64,000 nucleotides of DNA from Candidatus Deferrimicrobiaceae bacterium (GTDB taxonomy: Bacteria; Desulfobacterota; Deferrimicrobia; Deferrimicrobiales; Deferrimicrobiaceae): positions 128,001 through 192,000 of the forward strand of contig CAWBVY010000007.1 in NCBI GenBank assembly GCA_963792415.1, given 5' to 3'. Positions 17,275 through 27,548 of the stretch are shown piece after piece. Position 1 is the first letter of the stretch, and every line of letters starts with the position of its first letter. Made by a program: the position numbers and the translations under genes. A model generated the notes under the pieces. It was not told where the DNA came from. It was given only the letters and a program-made list of their open reading frames with translations, and made no database searches.

Positions 17275-18591
17275 TCACGTGAACAGTTCCATGAAGGCGT
17301 GAAGGCGGTTGTACGCCTGCGCCTCCGACCAGGAGCGGGGATCGGCGTGGTCCGCCTCCAGCAGCAACCCTTTCACCCCCCCTTCCGAGGCCAGTCGTCC
17401 CATCAGGTCGATCTGCCCGATGGAGTACGGCTTGCACGAGCGGTCGCTGTGGAAGATGGCGCCGGAAGCAAAGTACTCGCGGCAGAGCCGCTTCATGATC
17501 GAAAGCTTGTACGGCAGATCCCGGTTGAGGAGCACATGGACGTAGGCCCGCGCCGCGGAACCCTCCGGATCCGCCGGGTCGATCATCGCTCCGGCCTCGG
17601 CCCATGCGTTCGTGTAGGTGGCGCAGACGATGTTGAAGCCGTTCCTCGCGAGCACGGTGGAGAGGTCGCGCAGATTGAACCAGATGGGCAGATTGTCCCA
17701 AAGGAGCCGCACGCGCTCGTCGGCGACGCCGCCCACCCCCCGGGCGACCCGGTCGTTCAGCTCGTCGCGCAGCATCCGGTAGTAGGCGTTGCACTCCCGC
17801 GTCCCGCGCATCGCCACGATGGGGGCGAGGTGGAAAAAGGAGTCGAACCCGGTCCAGGGGGACGGGCGGGCGCACCCGGCGCGCAGGCATTCGTCCCAAA
17901 GGCGTGTCCCCTCGCGGGCCAGGCGCATCGTCTCGCCCAGCGCGGCCCGGTCGGCCTTTCGGCCAGCCACCCGCTCGGCGGTCTCCGTGAGTTCCCGCAG
18001 CTGGCCGGCGACGTAGGCCAGGAGGTGGGGCTGCGCTTCGCCGTACACGAAGGGGGCGTCGATGACCACCAGCGGCACGCGGAAATGGGCCGCCAGCGCC
18101 CGGTACCAGTAGAGGACGGTCTGGCAGATGTTGGTGCAGCAGCACAGGAGATCGGGCCTGGGCAGGCGCCCGACGGGGGTCTTGCCGGTGGCGACGCTCC
18201 CGAGGTCCGCCCGGGCGTACCCGCACAGGTCGCGGGAGTACCCCTCGCGCTCCACCGCTTCGGAGAGCCCGGGGACCATCCGCTTCACCGAGCAGATCGC
18301 GCCGTGGTTCTCCGGGTAGACCGTGTGGAACCCGAGCGGACGCAGCATCTCCACCGGGAAGCCGCTGGTGACCCAGGCGACCGGCACCGCCCCGTCGGCG
18401 AAGCGGCCGGCGAGGTAGTGCAGGGTCGTCAGCTCCCTGAGCTTGCGCGTCGCCTCGAGCGGCGGTCCGAACGGCGACTCCGCGCGTCCGCCCGCGCGCC
18501 GGCGAAGGAGGCTCCGCCACCGTCCCATCGCCATGAGGGTCGGTCCGATCGCGCGCGATACGATCTCGTACCGGACCCGGCGGGCGATCAC
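17275..18591 (-). CDS. 2-hydroxyacyl-CoA dehydratase / class I benzoyl-CoA reductase-family subunit (HgdA/BcrB-like)
   Basis: YPENHGA, DLCGY, NICQT, DRSCKP, EADHADPR; GTG start overlaps the upstream stop. Confidence 0.85.
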   Translation of the reverse strand: MIARRVRYEIVSRAIGPTLMAMGRWRSLLRRRAGGRAESPFGPPLEATRKLRELTTLHYLAGRFADGAVPVAWVTSGFPVEMLRPLGFHTVYPENHGAICSVKRMVPGLSEAVEREGYSRDLCGYARADLGSVATGKTPVGRLPRPDLLCCCTNICQTVLYWYRALAAHFRVPLVVIDAPFVYGEAQPHLLAYVAGQLRELTETAERVAGRKADRAALGETMRLAREGTRLWDECLRAGCARPSPWTGFDSFFHLAPIVAMRGTRECNAYYRMLRDELNDRVARGVGGVADERVRLLWDNLPIWFNLRDLSTVLARNGFNIVCATYTNAWAEAGAMIDPADPEGSAARAYVHVLLNRDLPYKLSIMKRLCREYFASGAIFHSDRSCKPYSIGQIDLMGRLASEGGVKGLLLEADHADPRSWSEAQAYNRLHAFMELFT

Positions 18592-19685
18592 GGGGCCGTC
18601 CTTCGGGCGTTCACCATCTCGACGAAGGCTTCCAGGCGGGTGGCGACCTGGCCGGAAAGTGATGCCTCGAGCTCGCCCTCCAGGTAGAGCAGCGGCGCCC
18701 CGATCCGGGCGAAGCGGCGGCGGATCGCCGGGGCATCGAAGAGTTCCGGCTCGCAGAATTTCTGCACGTGCATGACGAGCCCGGCGGACCCCGATCGCCG
18801 GTAGAGGGTCTCCAGGTGCTCCATCCGTGCGTCCTGATCCCCTCCCCGGGTCGGGCACGGCGGCATCGCGAACGCCTTCGCCGCCAGCGTGTCGAGCGGA
18901 TCGCCGCCGTCCTCCGGGGTGGAGAGCGGGACGCGCCGTCCGACCGCCGCGTAATCGTCCGCGGCGACGAACGCCCCGGCCGACGCCAGGGCGTCGAGGA
19001 GGGTCATCGGTTCGGGAACGTAGCCGGTGACCATCAGCGGGACGCCGCGCTGCGCAAGCTCCTCGCCGAACCCGCGTGCGGCGACCGCAAGCTCCGCCAG
19101 GTGGTCCCCGGGCTCCAGGAACTCCCCGCGGCGCAGGAGCCGGTACAGCGCGGGATCGGCCATGTCCAGGAAGGCGCGGCGGGAGAGGAACTCCCCGCGA
19201 AGCCGGTCGATCCGTGCGTGCAGTCCGATCGCCTCCGCCAACCGGGGGAGCGCCAGCGGCCGGCCGGTCAGCCGCGCGAGCTCTTCGGCCAGGTGCGCAA
19301 GCTCGGCGCGAACGAACGCCCGGGCGGCGGGGCCGTCCACGCCCTTGGGGTGAAGGAACCGCAGTGCCGGCTTCCCCCAGCCGCCGAAGTCGGGCGCCAG
19401 GGTCGCCAGGCCCTGGATCGAGTCGCACGTGTGCGGGAAGAGGACGGCGTCGGCGGCGTCGGCCCCGCCCGAGGCGAGGAACGCCAGCGCGTTGCGGACG
19501 ACCGCGCAGGCGTACGGCTGGATGCGGCCGGCGTCCGGACCGCGCGGCGGGCCCGGCGGCCCCCACAGTTCCACCGTGTGGACGTCCATCGCGGTGAAAA
19601 GCTCCCGGGGATAGTGGACCGGCAGGACCGCCACGGTCTTGCGGCCGAGCTTCTTCATGGCGGAAATCGTCGCGTTGCGCATCAT
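18588..19685 (-). CDS. 2-hydroxyacyl-CoA dehydratase-family subunit (HgdB/BcrC-like)
   Basis: PRELF, QPYACAV, PHTCDS, KFCEPELFD, TRLEAFVEM. Confidence 0.85.
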   Translation of the reverse strand: MMRNATISAMKKLGRKTVAVLPVHYPRELFTAMDVHTVELWGPPGPPRGPDAGRIQPYACAVVRNALAFLASGGADAADAVLFPHTCDSIQGLATLAPDFGGWGKPALRFLHPKGVDGPAARAFVRAELAHLAEELARLTGRPLALPRLAEAIGLHARIDRLRGEFLSRRAFLDMADPALYRLLRRGEFLEPGDHLAELAVAARGFGEELAQRGVPLMVTGYVPEPMTLLDALASAGAFVAADDYAAVGRRVPLSTPEDGGDPLDTLAAKAFAMPPCPTRGGDQDARMEHLETLYRRSGSAGLVMHVQKFCEPELFDAPAIRRRFARIGAPLLYLEGELEASLSGQVATRLEAFVEMVNARRTAP

Positions 19686-19811
19686 CCGTACTCTGGCATG
19701 TCCCCCCGCGGGGGGCAATGAAGACTGTGCCGGACATGGGTGCCACCCGGGATCGATATGGTAGGCTTTATGAAATAACCGTTTGGGAGTAACCCCTCGG
19801 GAGGATCGATC

Positions 19812-20960
19812 ATGAAGAGCTTCGCACGTCATGCCGTTGTCCTGTTCGCCCTCATACTTCTTTGCGCGGCGGGGACCGCCCACTCGGCGGGCGTCGACAT
19901 GAAGGAGGGGGACTGGGAGATCTCCTCCGAGACGTCGATGACGATGGAGGGGATGTCGATGCCGCCCATGGCCAACAAGTCGACGTACTGCCTCACCCGG
20001 GAAGACATGGTTCCGAAGTCGGAAAAGGACAAGGATTGCAAGATGGTGAAACAGAAAATCGTAGGGAACACCGTCTCCTGGCGCATGGAGTGCAAGAAAG
20101 GGGAGGGGGAAGGGGAAATCACCTACCGCGGGACGACCTACAATGGATTCCTCAAGATGAAGATGGTGGAAGGCGGCGAGACGATGACGATGAACATGAA
20201 GATGTCCGGGAGGTATCTCGGCCCCTGCCCCAAGGGACAGACATCGGGCGCGACCGGGGCGACGGCGGCGCAGATCGGTGCAGGCCAGCAGGCGGTGGCC
20301 CGCGCGCAGCAGCAGCAGGCGGAGATACAGGCGGAACAGGCGGCCAACGCGAAAAAAGGCGAGGCGTTCATGAAACGCGCCGTCGTTCCGGCGGAGGAAC
20401 CGGGAGCGTGCGCCCAGAAGGGGTGCGCGAGATCGCCGGAGTGCGAGAAGAGGATCGGCGAACTCAACCTGAAGCCGGGCGATTACGAGATCACCATCGG
20501 GCAGGTGTCCCGCGTCGGGACCACCTACACGCCGGTCAAGGAGGAACGGAAAACCGTATACGTGGACGAGGAGAACCCGGTGCCGGCCGCCCTGTCGTGC
20601 GGGAAGGCGGCAAGCGTGAAATGGGGCAAGGAGAAGATCACCTGGACCGAAACGCCCGGGGACGGGGCGTCGAAGGGGGGGATCCTCCGCATCCTCTCGG
20701 AGGCTGTCCCTTCCGCCCATGCCGTGACCGGGGTGACGAAGGGGGGGGTCTCCTACCGCGGGAACTCCTTCGAAGGCGCCGTGACGAACACAATGGACCT
20801 CGGGGGGTCTCAGCAATCCTTGAATGTCACGAGTATCAGCGGCCGCAGGGTGGGGGACGGGAACCCTCCGAGGGGGTTGGGCCACTACCCCTCCCGCCCG
20901 AAGGGAGTGATGGATAACCCCGTTCGCAAGCTCAAGGGACTCTTCGACAGCATTCGGTGA
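19812..20960 (+). CDS. Secreted DUF3617-like protein with two related beta-rich domains
   Basis: Signal peptide ending AHS. MKEGDWEI..G.ITYRG..GRYLGPC recurs as LKPGDYEI..GGVSYRG..GRRVGD, with a Gln/Ala helical linker between. Confidence 0.7.
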   Translation: MKSFARHAVVLFALILLCAAGTAHSAGVDMKEGDWEISSETSMTMEGMSMPPMANKSTYCLTREDMVPKSEKDKDCKMVKQKIVGNTVSWRMECKKGEGEGEITYRGTTYNGFLKMKMVEGGETMTMNMKMSGRYLGPCPKGQTSGATGATAAQIGAGQQAVARAQQQQAEIQAEQAANAKKGEAFMKRAVVPAEEPGACAQKGCARSPECEKRIGELNLKPGDYEITIGQVSRVGTTYTPVKEERKTVYVDEENPVPAALSCGKAASVKWGKEKITWTETPGDGASKGGILRILSEAVPSAHAVTGVTKGGVSYRGNSFEGAVTNTMDLGGSQQSLNVTSISGRRVGDGNPPRGLGHYPSRPKGVMDNPVRKLKGLFDSIR

Positions 20961-20976
20961 TCCGGGGGGATTCCCG

Positions 20977-21804
20977 ATGTGGACGCGTCCGCTCCTGGCC
21001 TTCTGCCTCGGAATCCTTGCGACGGTTGCGGGGGCCGGGGCGGCGGGTCCACGGGATCTCTTCGGGAACGTCGCGGCGGCGTACCTCGTGAAAGTCGACG
21101 GCCGGGAGGTGTGGTCCCGGAACCCTGACAGGCCCCTTCCCCCCGGCAGCCTCACGAAGATGATGACGGCCCTTCTCGTCCTCGAGCGGGCCGACCTCGG
21201 GCAGGTGGCCGCCGTTTCACGGGAGGCGAGCCGGGAAACGGGGACGCGGCTGGGCCTTGCGCCCGGCGACCGGATGTCCGTGATCGAACTCCTCGGCGCG
21301 ACACTCCTCGGCTCCGCGAACGACGCCTGCCACGTCCTCGCGGACCACGTCGCCGGGAGCGAGACGAAGTTCGTCGACCTGATGAACGCGCGGGCCCGTG
21401 AGATGGGTCTTTCCAACACCCGCTTCGCGAACGCCTGCGGGCACGACGACCCCGGACTGTACTCCACGGCACGGGATCTCGCGCGCCTCGCGGAAACGGC
21501 GATGGGAAACCCCGTGTTCGCGAAGATGTCCGGCCTCGTCGCAGGGGAGATCTCCACGTCCGACGGCGGCAGAACGTTCCACCTCGAGAACAAGAACCTC
21601 CTGATCGGCAGCTATCGGGGGGCGAAAGGGGTGAAGACCGGCTTCACGGGCCGGGCGGGGAAGTGCCTCGCGGCGTTCGCGGAGCGGGACGGGAAGCGGG
21701 TCCTCCTCGTCCTGCTGAACGCGCCCGACCGGTGGTGGAAGGCGGGGCAGATCCTCGACGCCGCGTTCGCCTCCGGACTCGGAGCCTCCGCGGGCCCGCC
21801 GTGA
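20977..21804 (+). CDS. D-alanyl-D-alanine carboxypeptidase (peptidase S11)
   Basis: SLTK, SAN and KTG motifs; signal peptide. Confidence 0.92.
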   Translation: MWTRPLLAFCLGILATVAGAGAAGPRDLFGNVAAAYLVKVDGREVWSRNPDRPLPPGSLTKMMTALLVLERADLGQVAAVSREASRETGTRLGLAPGDRMSVIELLGATLLGSANDACHVLADHVAGSETKFVDLMNARAREMGLSNTRFANACGHDDPGLYSTARDLARLAETAMGNPVFAKMSGLVAGEISTSDGGRTFHLENKNLLIGSYRGAKGVKTGFTGRAGKCLAAFAERDGKRVLLVLLNAPDRWWKAGQILDAAFASGLGASAGPP

Positions 21805-23144
21805 AGCGCTTTTCCCCGGTCCTGCTCCTTGCGGGGACCGTCGCCGTCGTCTACCTCAACTCCTTCCTGGGCGCCTTCCAGTACGACGACTACAGCGTCA
21901 TCGTCGACAACGCCGGCGTGCACTCGTGGGGCGCTTTCCTCGCCGGCCTCCCCCGCGGAATCCGACCGCTCCTGAAATTCACGTATACCCTGAACTGGAC
22001 CTCGGGGCTCGGCCTGTTCGGCTTCCACCTGGCGAACGTGACGCTCCACGCTGCGAACGCCGTCATGCTCTTCCTCCTCGCGTCGAGGATCGGTGGCCCG
22101 TCCGTCTCCAGGTTCGCCGCCCTGCTCCCCGCGCTCCTGTTCGCCGTCCACCCCGTCCAGACGGAGGCGGTGACCTATATCTGCGGCAGGTCCGTCTCCC
22201 TGATGACGTTCTTCTACCTCGGAAGCCTCCTCGCCTACCTTCGGGGGCGGGAGCGGGGGAGCCGGTTTTTCCGTTACCTGGCGTCGCCGATCCTGTTCCT
22301 GCTCGCAACCGCCGCCAAGGAGGTGGCGCTCACCCTGCCGTTCGCGCTGGTCCTTTGCGAAGCCGTCCGGCGGGAGAGGAGCGGATGGCTGGAGGCGCTC
22401 CGCTCCCAGGCGGTCCACTGGGGGCTTCTCGCCTCCCTCGCCGTTCTGTTTATCGCTCACTCCGGATACGAACGCCTGCTGGAAGTGTGCTTCGACATAC
22501 GAAGCCCGGCGACCAACCTGTTGACCCAGCTCAACGGAATCTCCTACCTCTTGTCGCATCTCTTCCTGCCGCACTCCCTCAATTTCGACCCCGACCTGCC
22601 GGTCTTCTCCGGGTGGTCCACGGTTCTTCTCCCGGAGGCCCTCCTCCTCGGGGCGCTCCTGGCCGCGGGGATCCTCGGGCTGAGAAAACGGTCCCTTGCG
22701 GGGTTCGGTATCCTCTGGTTCTTCCTCCACCTCGTCCCGACGAACTCCTTCATCCCCCGTTTTGACGTGGCGAACGACCGGCAGCTCTACCTCGCCTCCT
22801 GGGGGCTCTTCCTGTCCGTGGCGACGGGGGCGGATCTCCTGCGCGCGAAGTGGGGTGCGCGGCGGGTCACGGCGGTCGCCACCGTCCTGGTCCTCGCGCT
22901 CGGAGTGCTCACCGTGTCCCGGAACACGGTGTACCGAAGCGAGGTCGCCCTATGGGAGGACACGGCGCGGAAATCCCCCGGGAAGGCGAGGGCGTGGAAC
23001 AACCTCGGCTACGCCTGCGAAGTGGCCGGGCGATTCAAGGAGGCAGAGGCGGCGTATCTGCGGGCGCTCCGCGTCGATCCCGGGTACGCCCTCGCCAGGA
23101 GGAACCTCAGAGGATTGAAGGCGGGATCGGATTCCGTTCCCTGA
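21801..23144 (+). CDS. TMTC-like GT-C membrane glycosyltransferase with C-terminal TPR
   Basis: FQYDD, RPL, HLANVTLH, HPVQTEAVTYI.GR, DRQLY; multiple TM helices; TPR AWNNLG..A..Y.RAL.VDP. Confidence 0.8.
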   Translation: MKRFSPVLLLAGTVAVVYLNSFLGAFQYDDYSVIVDNAGVHSWGAFLAGLPRGIRPLLKFTYTLNWTSGLGLFGFHLANVTLHAANAVMLFLLASRIGGPSVSRFAALLPALLFAVHPVQTEAVTYICGRSVSLMTFFYLGSLLAYLRGRERGSRFFRYLASPILFLLATAAKEVALTLPFALVLCEAVRRERSGWLEALRSQAVHWGLLASLAVLFIAHSGYERLLEVCFDIRSPATNLLTQLNGISYLLSHLFLPHSLNFDPDLPVFSGWSTVLLPEALLLGALLAAGILGLRKRSLAGFGILWFFLHLVPTNSFIPRFDVANDRQLYLASWGLFLSVATGADLLRAKWGARRVTAVATVLVLALGVLTVSRNTVYRSEVALWEDTARKSPGKARAWNNLGYACEVAGRFKEAEAAYLRALRVDPGYALARRNLRGLKAGSDSVP

Positions 23145-23193
23145 CAAGATCGTTCCGTCCCAGGTGGAACGCGCTTCCGCGGATCCTGACTCG

Positions 23194-24237
23194 TCAGGCC
23201 CGGTGATTGTCGATCAACGGGAAGGTCTTCCCGAAGATGTAGGACCGGGCCTGGACGAGGAAGTCGTGGGGGAAGCCGAGGTCGATCTTGCTGGCCGCGT
23301 CGAGCCTCGCGAGCTGCTCCGGCGCAAGGGCGACATCGAGGCACCCAAGGTTGTCCCGCAATTGCGCGACGGTCCTCGCCCCGACGATCGGGACGGTCAC
23401 CCCGAACGGCTGCTGGCGGACCCATGCGAGCGCCACCTGGGACGCGGTACGGCCGGTCTCCTTCGCCACCTGCGCTGCAGACTCGGCGATCCGCACGCTC
23501 CGTTCCGTGACGGCCGCTTCGGCCCACGCCTCGTCCTTCGCGTACCGCGCGCCGGCGGGCCGGTCTTTCGGGGTTTTGTACTTCCCCGACAGAACGCCTC
23601 CCCCGAGGACCCCCCAGGGCGTCACGGCGATGTCCATCGCCTTCGCCATCGGCAGCAGGTCGCGTTCCGGACTCCGGTCCGCCAGGCTGTACTGGATCTG
23701 CAGTGCGGCGAAGGGACTCCAGTCCTTCAGATCGGCGAGCGTGTTCGCCCGCGACACGACCCATGCGGGGGCGTCGGAGATCCCGACGTAGAGGACCTTC
23801 CCGGCCCGCACCACGTCGTCCAGGGCCCGCATCGTCTCCTCGAGGGGGGTCATCCCGTCCCAGGCGTGGACCCAGTAGAGGTCGATGCAGTCGGTGCCGA
23901 GGCGTTTCAGGCTGGCGTCGAGCGACTGCACCAGGTTCTTCCGGTGGTTCCCGCCGCCGTTCGGGTCGTCCGGGGCCATGTTCAGCGTGTATTTCGTGGC
24001 GAGGACGAACCGCTCCCTCCGGCCTTTCAGGAACTCGCCCACGAACGTTTCGCTCGTGCCGCCCGTGTACAGGTTCGCGGTGTCGACGAAGTTCCCTCCG
24101 GCGTCCGCGAACGCATCGAAAATGGCGCGGCTCTCCTCCTTCGACGCCCCCCAGCCCCACTCCTCGCCGAACGTCATCGTTCCCAGGCACAGTTCGGAGA
24201 CCCGAAGGCCCGTCCTCCCCAGAAGCTTGTACCGCAT
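23194..24237 (-). CDS. Aldo/keto reductase
   Basis: LGRTGLRVSELCLGTMTFG, DTANLY, LATK, IDLYWVH; RBS AAGGAGG. Confidence 0.93.
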   Translation of the reverse strand: MRYKLLGRTGLRVSELCLGTMTFGEEWGWGASKEESRAIFDAFADAGGNFVDTANLYTGGTSETFVGEFLKGRRERFVLATKYTLNMAPDDPNGGGNHRKNLVQSLDASLKRLGTDCIDLYWVHAWDGMTPLEETMRALDDVVRAGKVLYVGISDAPAWVVSRANTLADLKDWSPFAALQIQYSLADRSPERDLLPMAKAMDIAVTPWGVLGGGVLSGKYKTPKDRPAGARYAKDEAWAEAAVTERSVRIAESAAQVAKETGRTASQVALAWVRQQPFGVTVPIVGARTVAQLRDNLGCLDVALAPEQLARLDAASKIDLGFPHDFLVQARSYIFGKTFPLIDNHRA

Positions 24238-24438
24238 CGTGCGCCTCCTTGCGACTTCCGCGTAGATCAGATTATGTAGTATAGATGAGCGCTGCATGCG
24301 ATCCGTCGCATCCCCCGACGGAGTTCTTCATTACGGGGCTCCTTTTCATGATTTCCGCGTCCAATGAGTGGGACATCGGACGATGGATTCCGCGAAGAAG
24401 ACGCCGCTGGTACCTATCCGAATGGACGGAGGCAACCG

Positions 24439-25602
24439 ATGACCGCCTGGATCCACCGGATCGACACCCTGCTCCCCGACTTTTCCTTTGCCCAGGAAGA
24501 GGCGATGGTGAAGATGCAGGAGTGGGCCCGAGACGACCGGGAGAGGCGCATGGTGCGGGCCGTCTACCTGCACTCGGGGATCGAACGGCGCCACTCCGTG
24601 CTTCGCAACTACGACGGGGAGGGGGAAGGCGCCTTCTTCCGGCGCGACGCAGGTGGTGCACTTCGAGGGCCAGGGACCGCCGCCCGCAACGACATCTTTT
24701 CGGCCGAGTCCCGTTCGATGTCGGTGGCGTTGGCCCGGAAGGTGATCGGGAACTGTCCCCGTGTCACCCCCGCCGACGTGACGCACGTCGTGACCGTGTC
24801 GTGCACCGGGTTCTACAACCCCGGCCCCGACTACTACATCGTGCGCGAGCTGGGCATGTCCGACGCCACGCAGAGGTACCACCTCGGCTTCATGGGGTGT
24901 TACGCCGCCTTCCCCGCCTTGCGGATGGCCTCCCAGTTCTGCGCGGCGGATCCGTCCGCCGTGGTCCTCGTCATGTGCCTCGAGCTGTGCAGCCTGCACC
25001 TCCAGTTGAACGGATCGGAGGACAGCCTGCTGGCGAACTCGCTCTTCGCCGACGGGGCGGGGGCCGCGATCGTTTCCGCCCGGGAGCCGGATCCGGGAGC
25101 GCCCGCCTACCGGCTGGACGGATTCCGCTCCGCCCTGGTCCCCGCCGGCGAGCAGGACATGACGTGGCGGATCGGCGACCAGGGGTTCGACATCGCCCTG
25201 TCGAGCTACGTGCCGAAACTCATCGGCTCGAACATCCGCGAATTGGTCGGGCCCGCGCTCGCCGCCGGGGGGCTGTCGCTGCCCGACGTCGATACGTGGG
25301 CGGTCCACCCCGGGGGGAAGTCGATCATCGACCAGGTGCAGAGGACTCTCGGGCTTTCCGCCGACCAGGTGACCGCATCCCGCGAGGTGCTGCGCCGGTG
25401 CGGGAACATGAGCAGCGCCACCATCCTCTTCGTCCTCGAGGAGATCCTCAATCGTTCCACCGGGGGAGGGAGGGAGCGGGTCTGCGCCGTTGCGTTCGGG
25501 CCGGGGTTGACCGTCGAGACGGCGACCATGGAAGCGGTCGGCGCACGGGAGGTCGCCTGCTTCCCCGGCGCCCTCTCTTTGCCGCCCTTCCCGACGCGAT
25601 GA
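24439..25602 (+). CDS. Type III polyketide synthase
   Basis: Cys-His-Asn triad in GFMGCYA, VHPGG and GNMSS; also LFADG and FGPG. Confidence 0.93.
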   Translation: MTAWIHRIDTLLPDFSFAQEEAMVKMQEWARDDRERRMVRAVYLHSGIERRHSVLRNYDGEGEGAFFRRDAGGALRGPGTAARNDIFSAESRSMSVALARKVIGNCPRVTPADVTHVVTVSCTGFYNPGPDYYIVRELGMSDATQRYHLGFMGCYAAFPALRMASQFCAADPSAVVLVMCLELCSLHLQLNGSEDSLLANSLFADGAGAAIVSAREPDPGAPAYRLDGFRSALVPAGEQDMTWRIGDQGFDIALSSYVPKLIGSNIRELVGPALAAGGLSLPDVDTWAVHPGGKSIIDQVQRTLGLSADQVTASREVLRRCGNMSSATILFVLEEILNRSTGGGRERVCAVAFGPGLTVETATMEAVGAREVACFPGALSLPPFPTR

Positions 25603-26357
25603 GCGGACGGTTCCGCCTCAAGGCACGGGAGTGGCTCGACGTCCCCGAGCGGAAGCGGGCCTACAACGAACTCCACTTCGCCGAGGCCGCGTCGCGGTAC
25701 GATTTCGCGACACGCATGATGTCGCTCGGGCGGGACGCGGCGTGGAAGGGGGCGTTTGTCGCAGCCCTGCCGGACTTCGCGTCCCCCGTTTGCGTGGACC
25801 TCGCGTGCGGCACCGGCGACGTGGCCTTCCTTCTCGCGGGACGCTACCCCGGCGGGGTTGTCACAGGGCTGGATCTCTCGCCACCCATGCTGGCGATCGC
25901 GCGGGAGCGCAACCGGTTCACAAACGTCCGGTTCGAGCGGGGCGACCTGTGCGACCTCCCGTTTCCCGACGGTTCCGCCGACGTCGTGACCGGAAGCTAC
26001 GCCCTTCGCAACGCGCCCGACCTTCGGAAAGCCATCGCGGAGGTCCACCGGGTGCTTTCTCCCGGCGGTGTTGCGGCGTTCCTTGACTTTTCCAATCCGG
26101 AAAGTCCCTCCCTGCGGTATCTGCAGTACCTTCTGTTGCGGAGCTGGTGCGGTCTTTGGGGATTCCTCCTTCACGGGACGCCGGAGATCCACGGGTATGT
26201 CGCGGAGAGTCTTCGCCTTTTCCCGGCCCGGAATCGATTGCGGGAAATCTTCCGGGAGCAAGGTTTCGGGATGTGGGCCGACCGGCGCTTTTTCCTCGGG
26301 ATCACGCGGTTGCTGATCCTGCGGAAATGGGAGCCTACCGCGCCGGCGGGGGTATAA
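25599..26357 (+). CDS. UbiE/MenG-like SAM-dependent methyltransferase
   Basis: ATGA coupling to the PKS; YD..MSLGRDAAWK, DLACGTGD, YALRN, RVLSPGG. Confidence 0.88.
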   Translation: MSGRFRLKAREWLDVPERKRAYNELHFAEAASRYDFATRMMSLGRDAAWKGAFVAALPDFASPVCVDLACGTGDVAFLLAGRYPGGVVTGLDLSPPMLAIARERNRFTNVRFERGDLCDLPFPDGSADVVTGSYALRNAPDLRKAIAEVHRVLSPGGVAAFLDFSNPESPSLRYLQYLLLRSWCGLWGFLLHGTPEIHGYVAESLRLFPARNRLREIFREQGFGMWADRRFFLGITRLLILRKWEPTAPAGV

Positions 26358-26423
26358 TATGTACGTGGGAGTGGGGTTCGGTCGGCAACGGAACGCCTCT
26401 GCGGGTGCGAAGGAGGTGGGAGT

Positions 26424-26612
26424 ATGGAGATCACCTTGACCGGCGCCGAGACGGTCGTCCTGCGGGAGACCTTGGAGAAGGCGCTCCCCGAGATGCTGTT
26501 GGAGATCGCCCACACGGACAACCGGAAGATGCGCGAAGGCCTGAAGGAGCGCGAGGGGAATCTGAGAAGGATCCTCGCGAAGCTTCCTGCCGGGGAACGC
26601 GTGGCGGTATGA
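26424..26612 (+). CDS. Small hypothetical protein
   Basis: RBS AAGGAGG, helical composition (EIAHTDNR), followed by a hairpin. Confidence 0.65.
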   Translation: MEITLTGAETVVLRETLEKALPEMLLEIAHTDNRKMREGLKEREGNLRRILAKLPAGERVAV

Positions 26613-26813
26613 GCGCCCCCCCGTCGTAACGGGGAGGGATTGACCGGGAAAGACCGGACCGGTCCGGGCGGTCCTGCAGGACCTCCGGAGCGGAAGGCAG
26701 GATATGTTCATTTTCAGGCCCTTCGCCGGAATCGATGTGAAGTTTCACCCCCCTTCCTGCCAAGACACATTGATGAGCCGCAAAGGTATAATGCGCTGCA
26801 GGCGGGAGGAGCG

Positions 26814-27548
26814 ATGACATCGAGGCGCGCCGATGGGCGCAAGGCTCTGGACATCCGGAAGATCGACGTTTCCCTCGGGGTGCAGAAGCATGCCGAGGGG
26901 TCCGTCCTGTTCGCGATGGGCGACACGCGCGTCGTTTGCGCCGCGACGATCGAGGAGCGGGTCCCGCCGTTTCTTCGCGGCGCGGGGAGAGGATGGGTTA
27001 CCGCGGAGTACTCGATGCTTCCCCGCGCGACGAACACCCGTGTCGCGCGGGAGGGACGGACGGGGAAAGTCGGGGGTCGCACGCACGAGATCCAGCGGCT
27101 GGTGGGGCGGTCCCTCCGGGCGGTGGTCGACTTCGAGGCACTTGGCGAGCGCACGGTAACGATCGACTGCGACGTGCTGCAGGCGGACGGCGGGACGCGG
27201 ACTGCCTCCATCAACGGTGCGTGGGTCGCCCTGTGGCACGCGTGCCGGAGCCTGATCGCGAAGGGCGCGATTTCCCGCAACCCCGTGCTCGACCACGTGG
27301 TGGGAGTCAGCGTGGGGATCGTCGGGGGGCGGGTCCTGGCGGACCTCGACTACGCCGAGGACTCGGCGGCGGATGTCGACATGAACGTGGTGATGACCGG
27401 CGACGGCCGGCTGATCGAGGTCCAGGGGACGGCGGAACGGGAGCCGTTCACCCGGGAGCAACTTGACGCGATGCTCTCTGCCGCCGCCGCCGCGGGGAGG
27501 AAGATCCTGAAGGAGCAGCGGCGCTTCGCGGAAAGAGGGACGAGATGA
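26814..27548 (+). CDS. rph: Ribonuclease PH
   Basis: [40 protein letters not shown]. Confidence 0.97.
   Translation: MTSRRADGRKALDIRKIDVSLGVQKHAEGSVLFAMGDTRVVCAATIEERVPPFLRGAGRGWVTAEYSMLPRATNTRVAREGRTGKVGGRTHEIQRLVGRSLRAVVDFEALGERTVTIDCDVLQADGGTRTASINGAWVALWHACRSLIAKGAISRNPVLDHVVGVSVGIVGGRVLADLDYAEDSAADVDMNVVMTGDGRLIEVQGTAEREPFTREQLDAMLSAAAAAGRKILKEQRRFAERGTR

Noticed and set aside
26613-26813. Palindromes upstream of rph as an ncRNA
   Set aside because: They can be explained by a terminator, GC-rich chance palindromes and the rph promoter (TATAAT).
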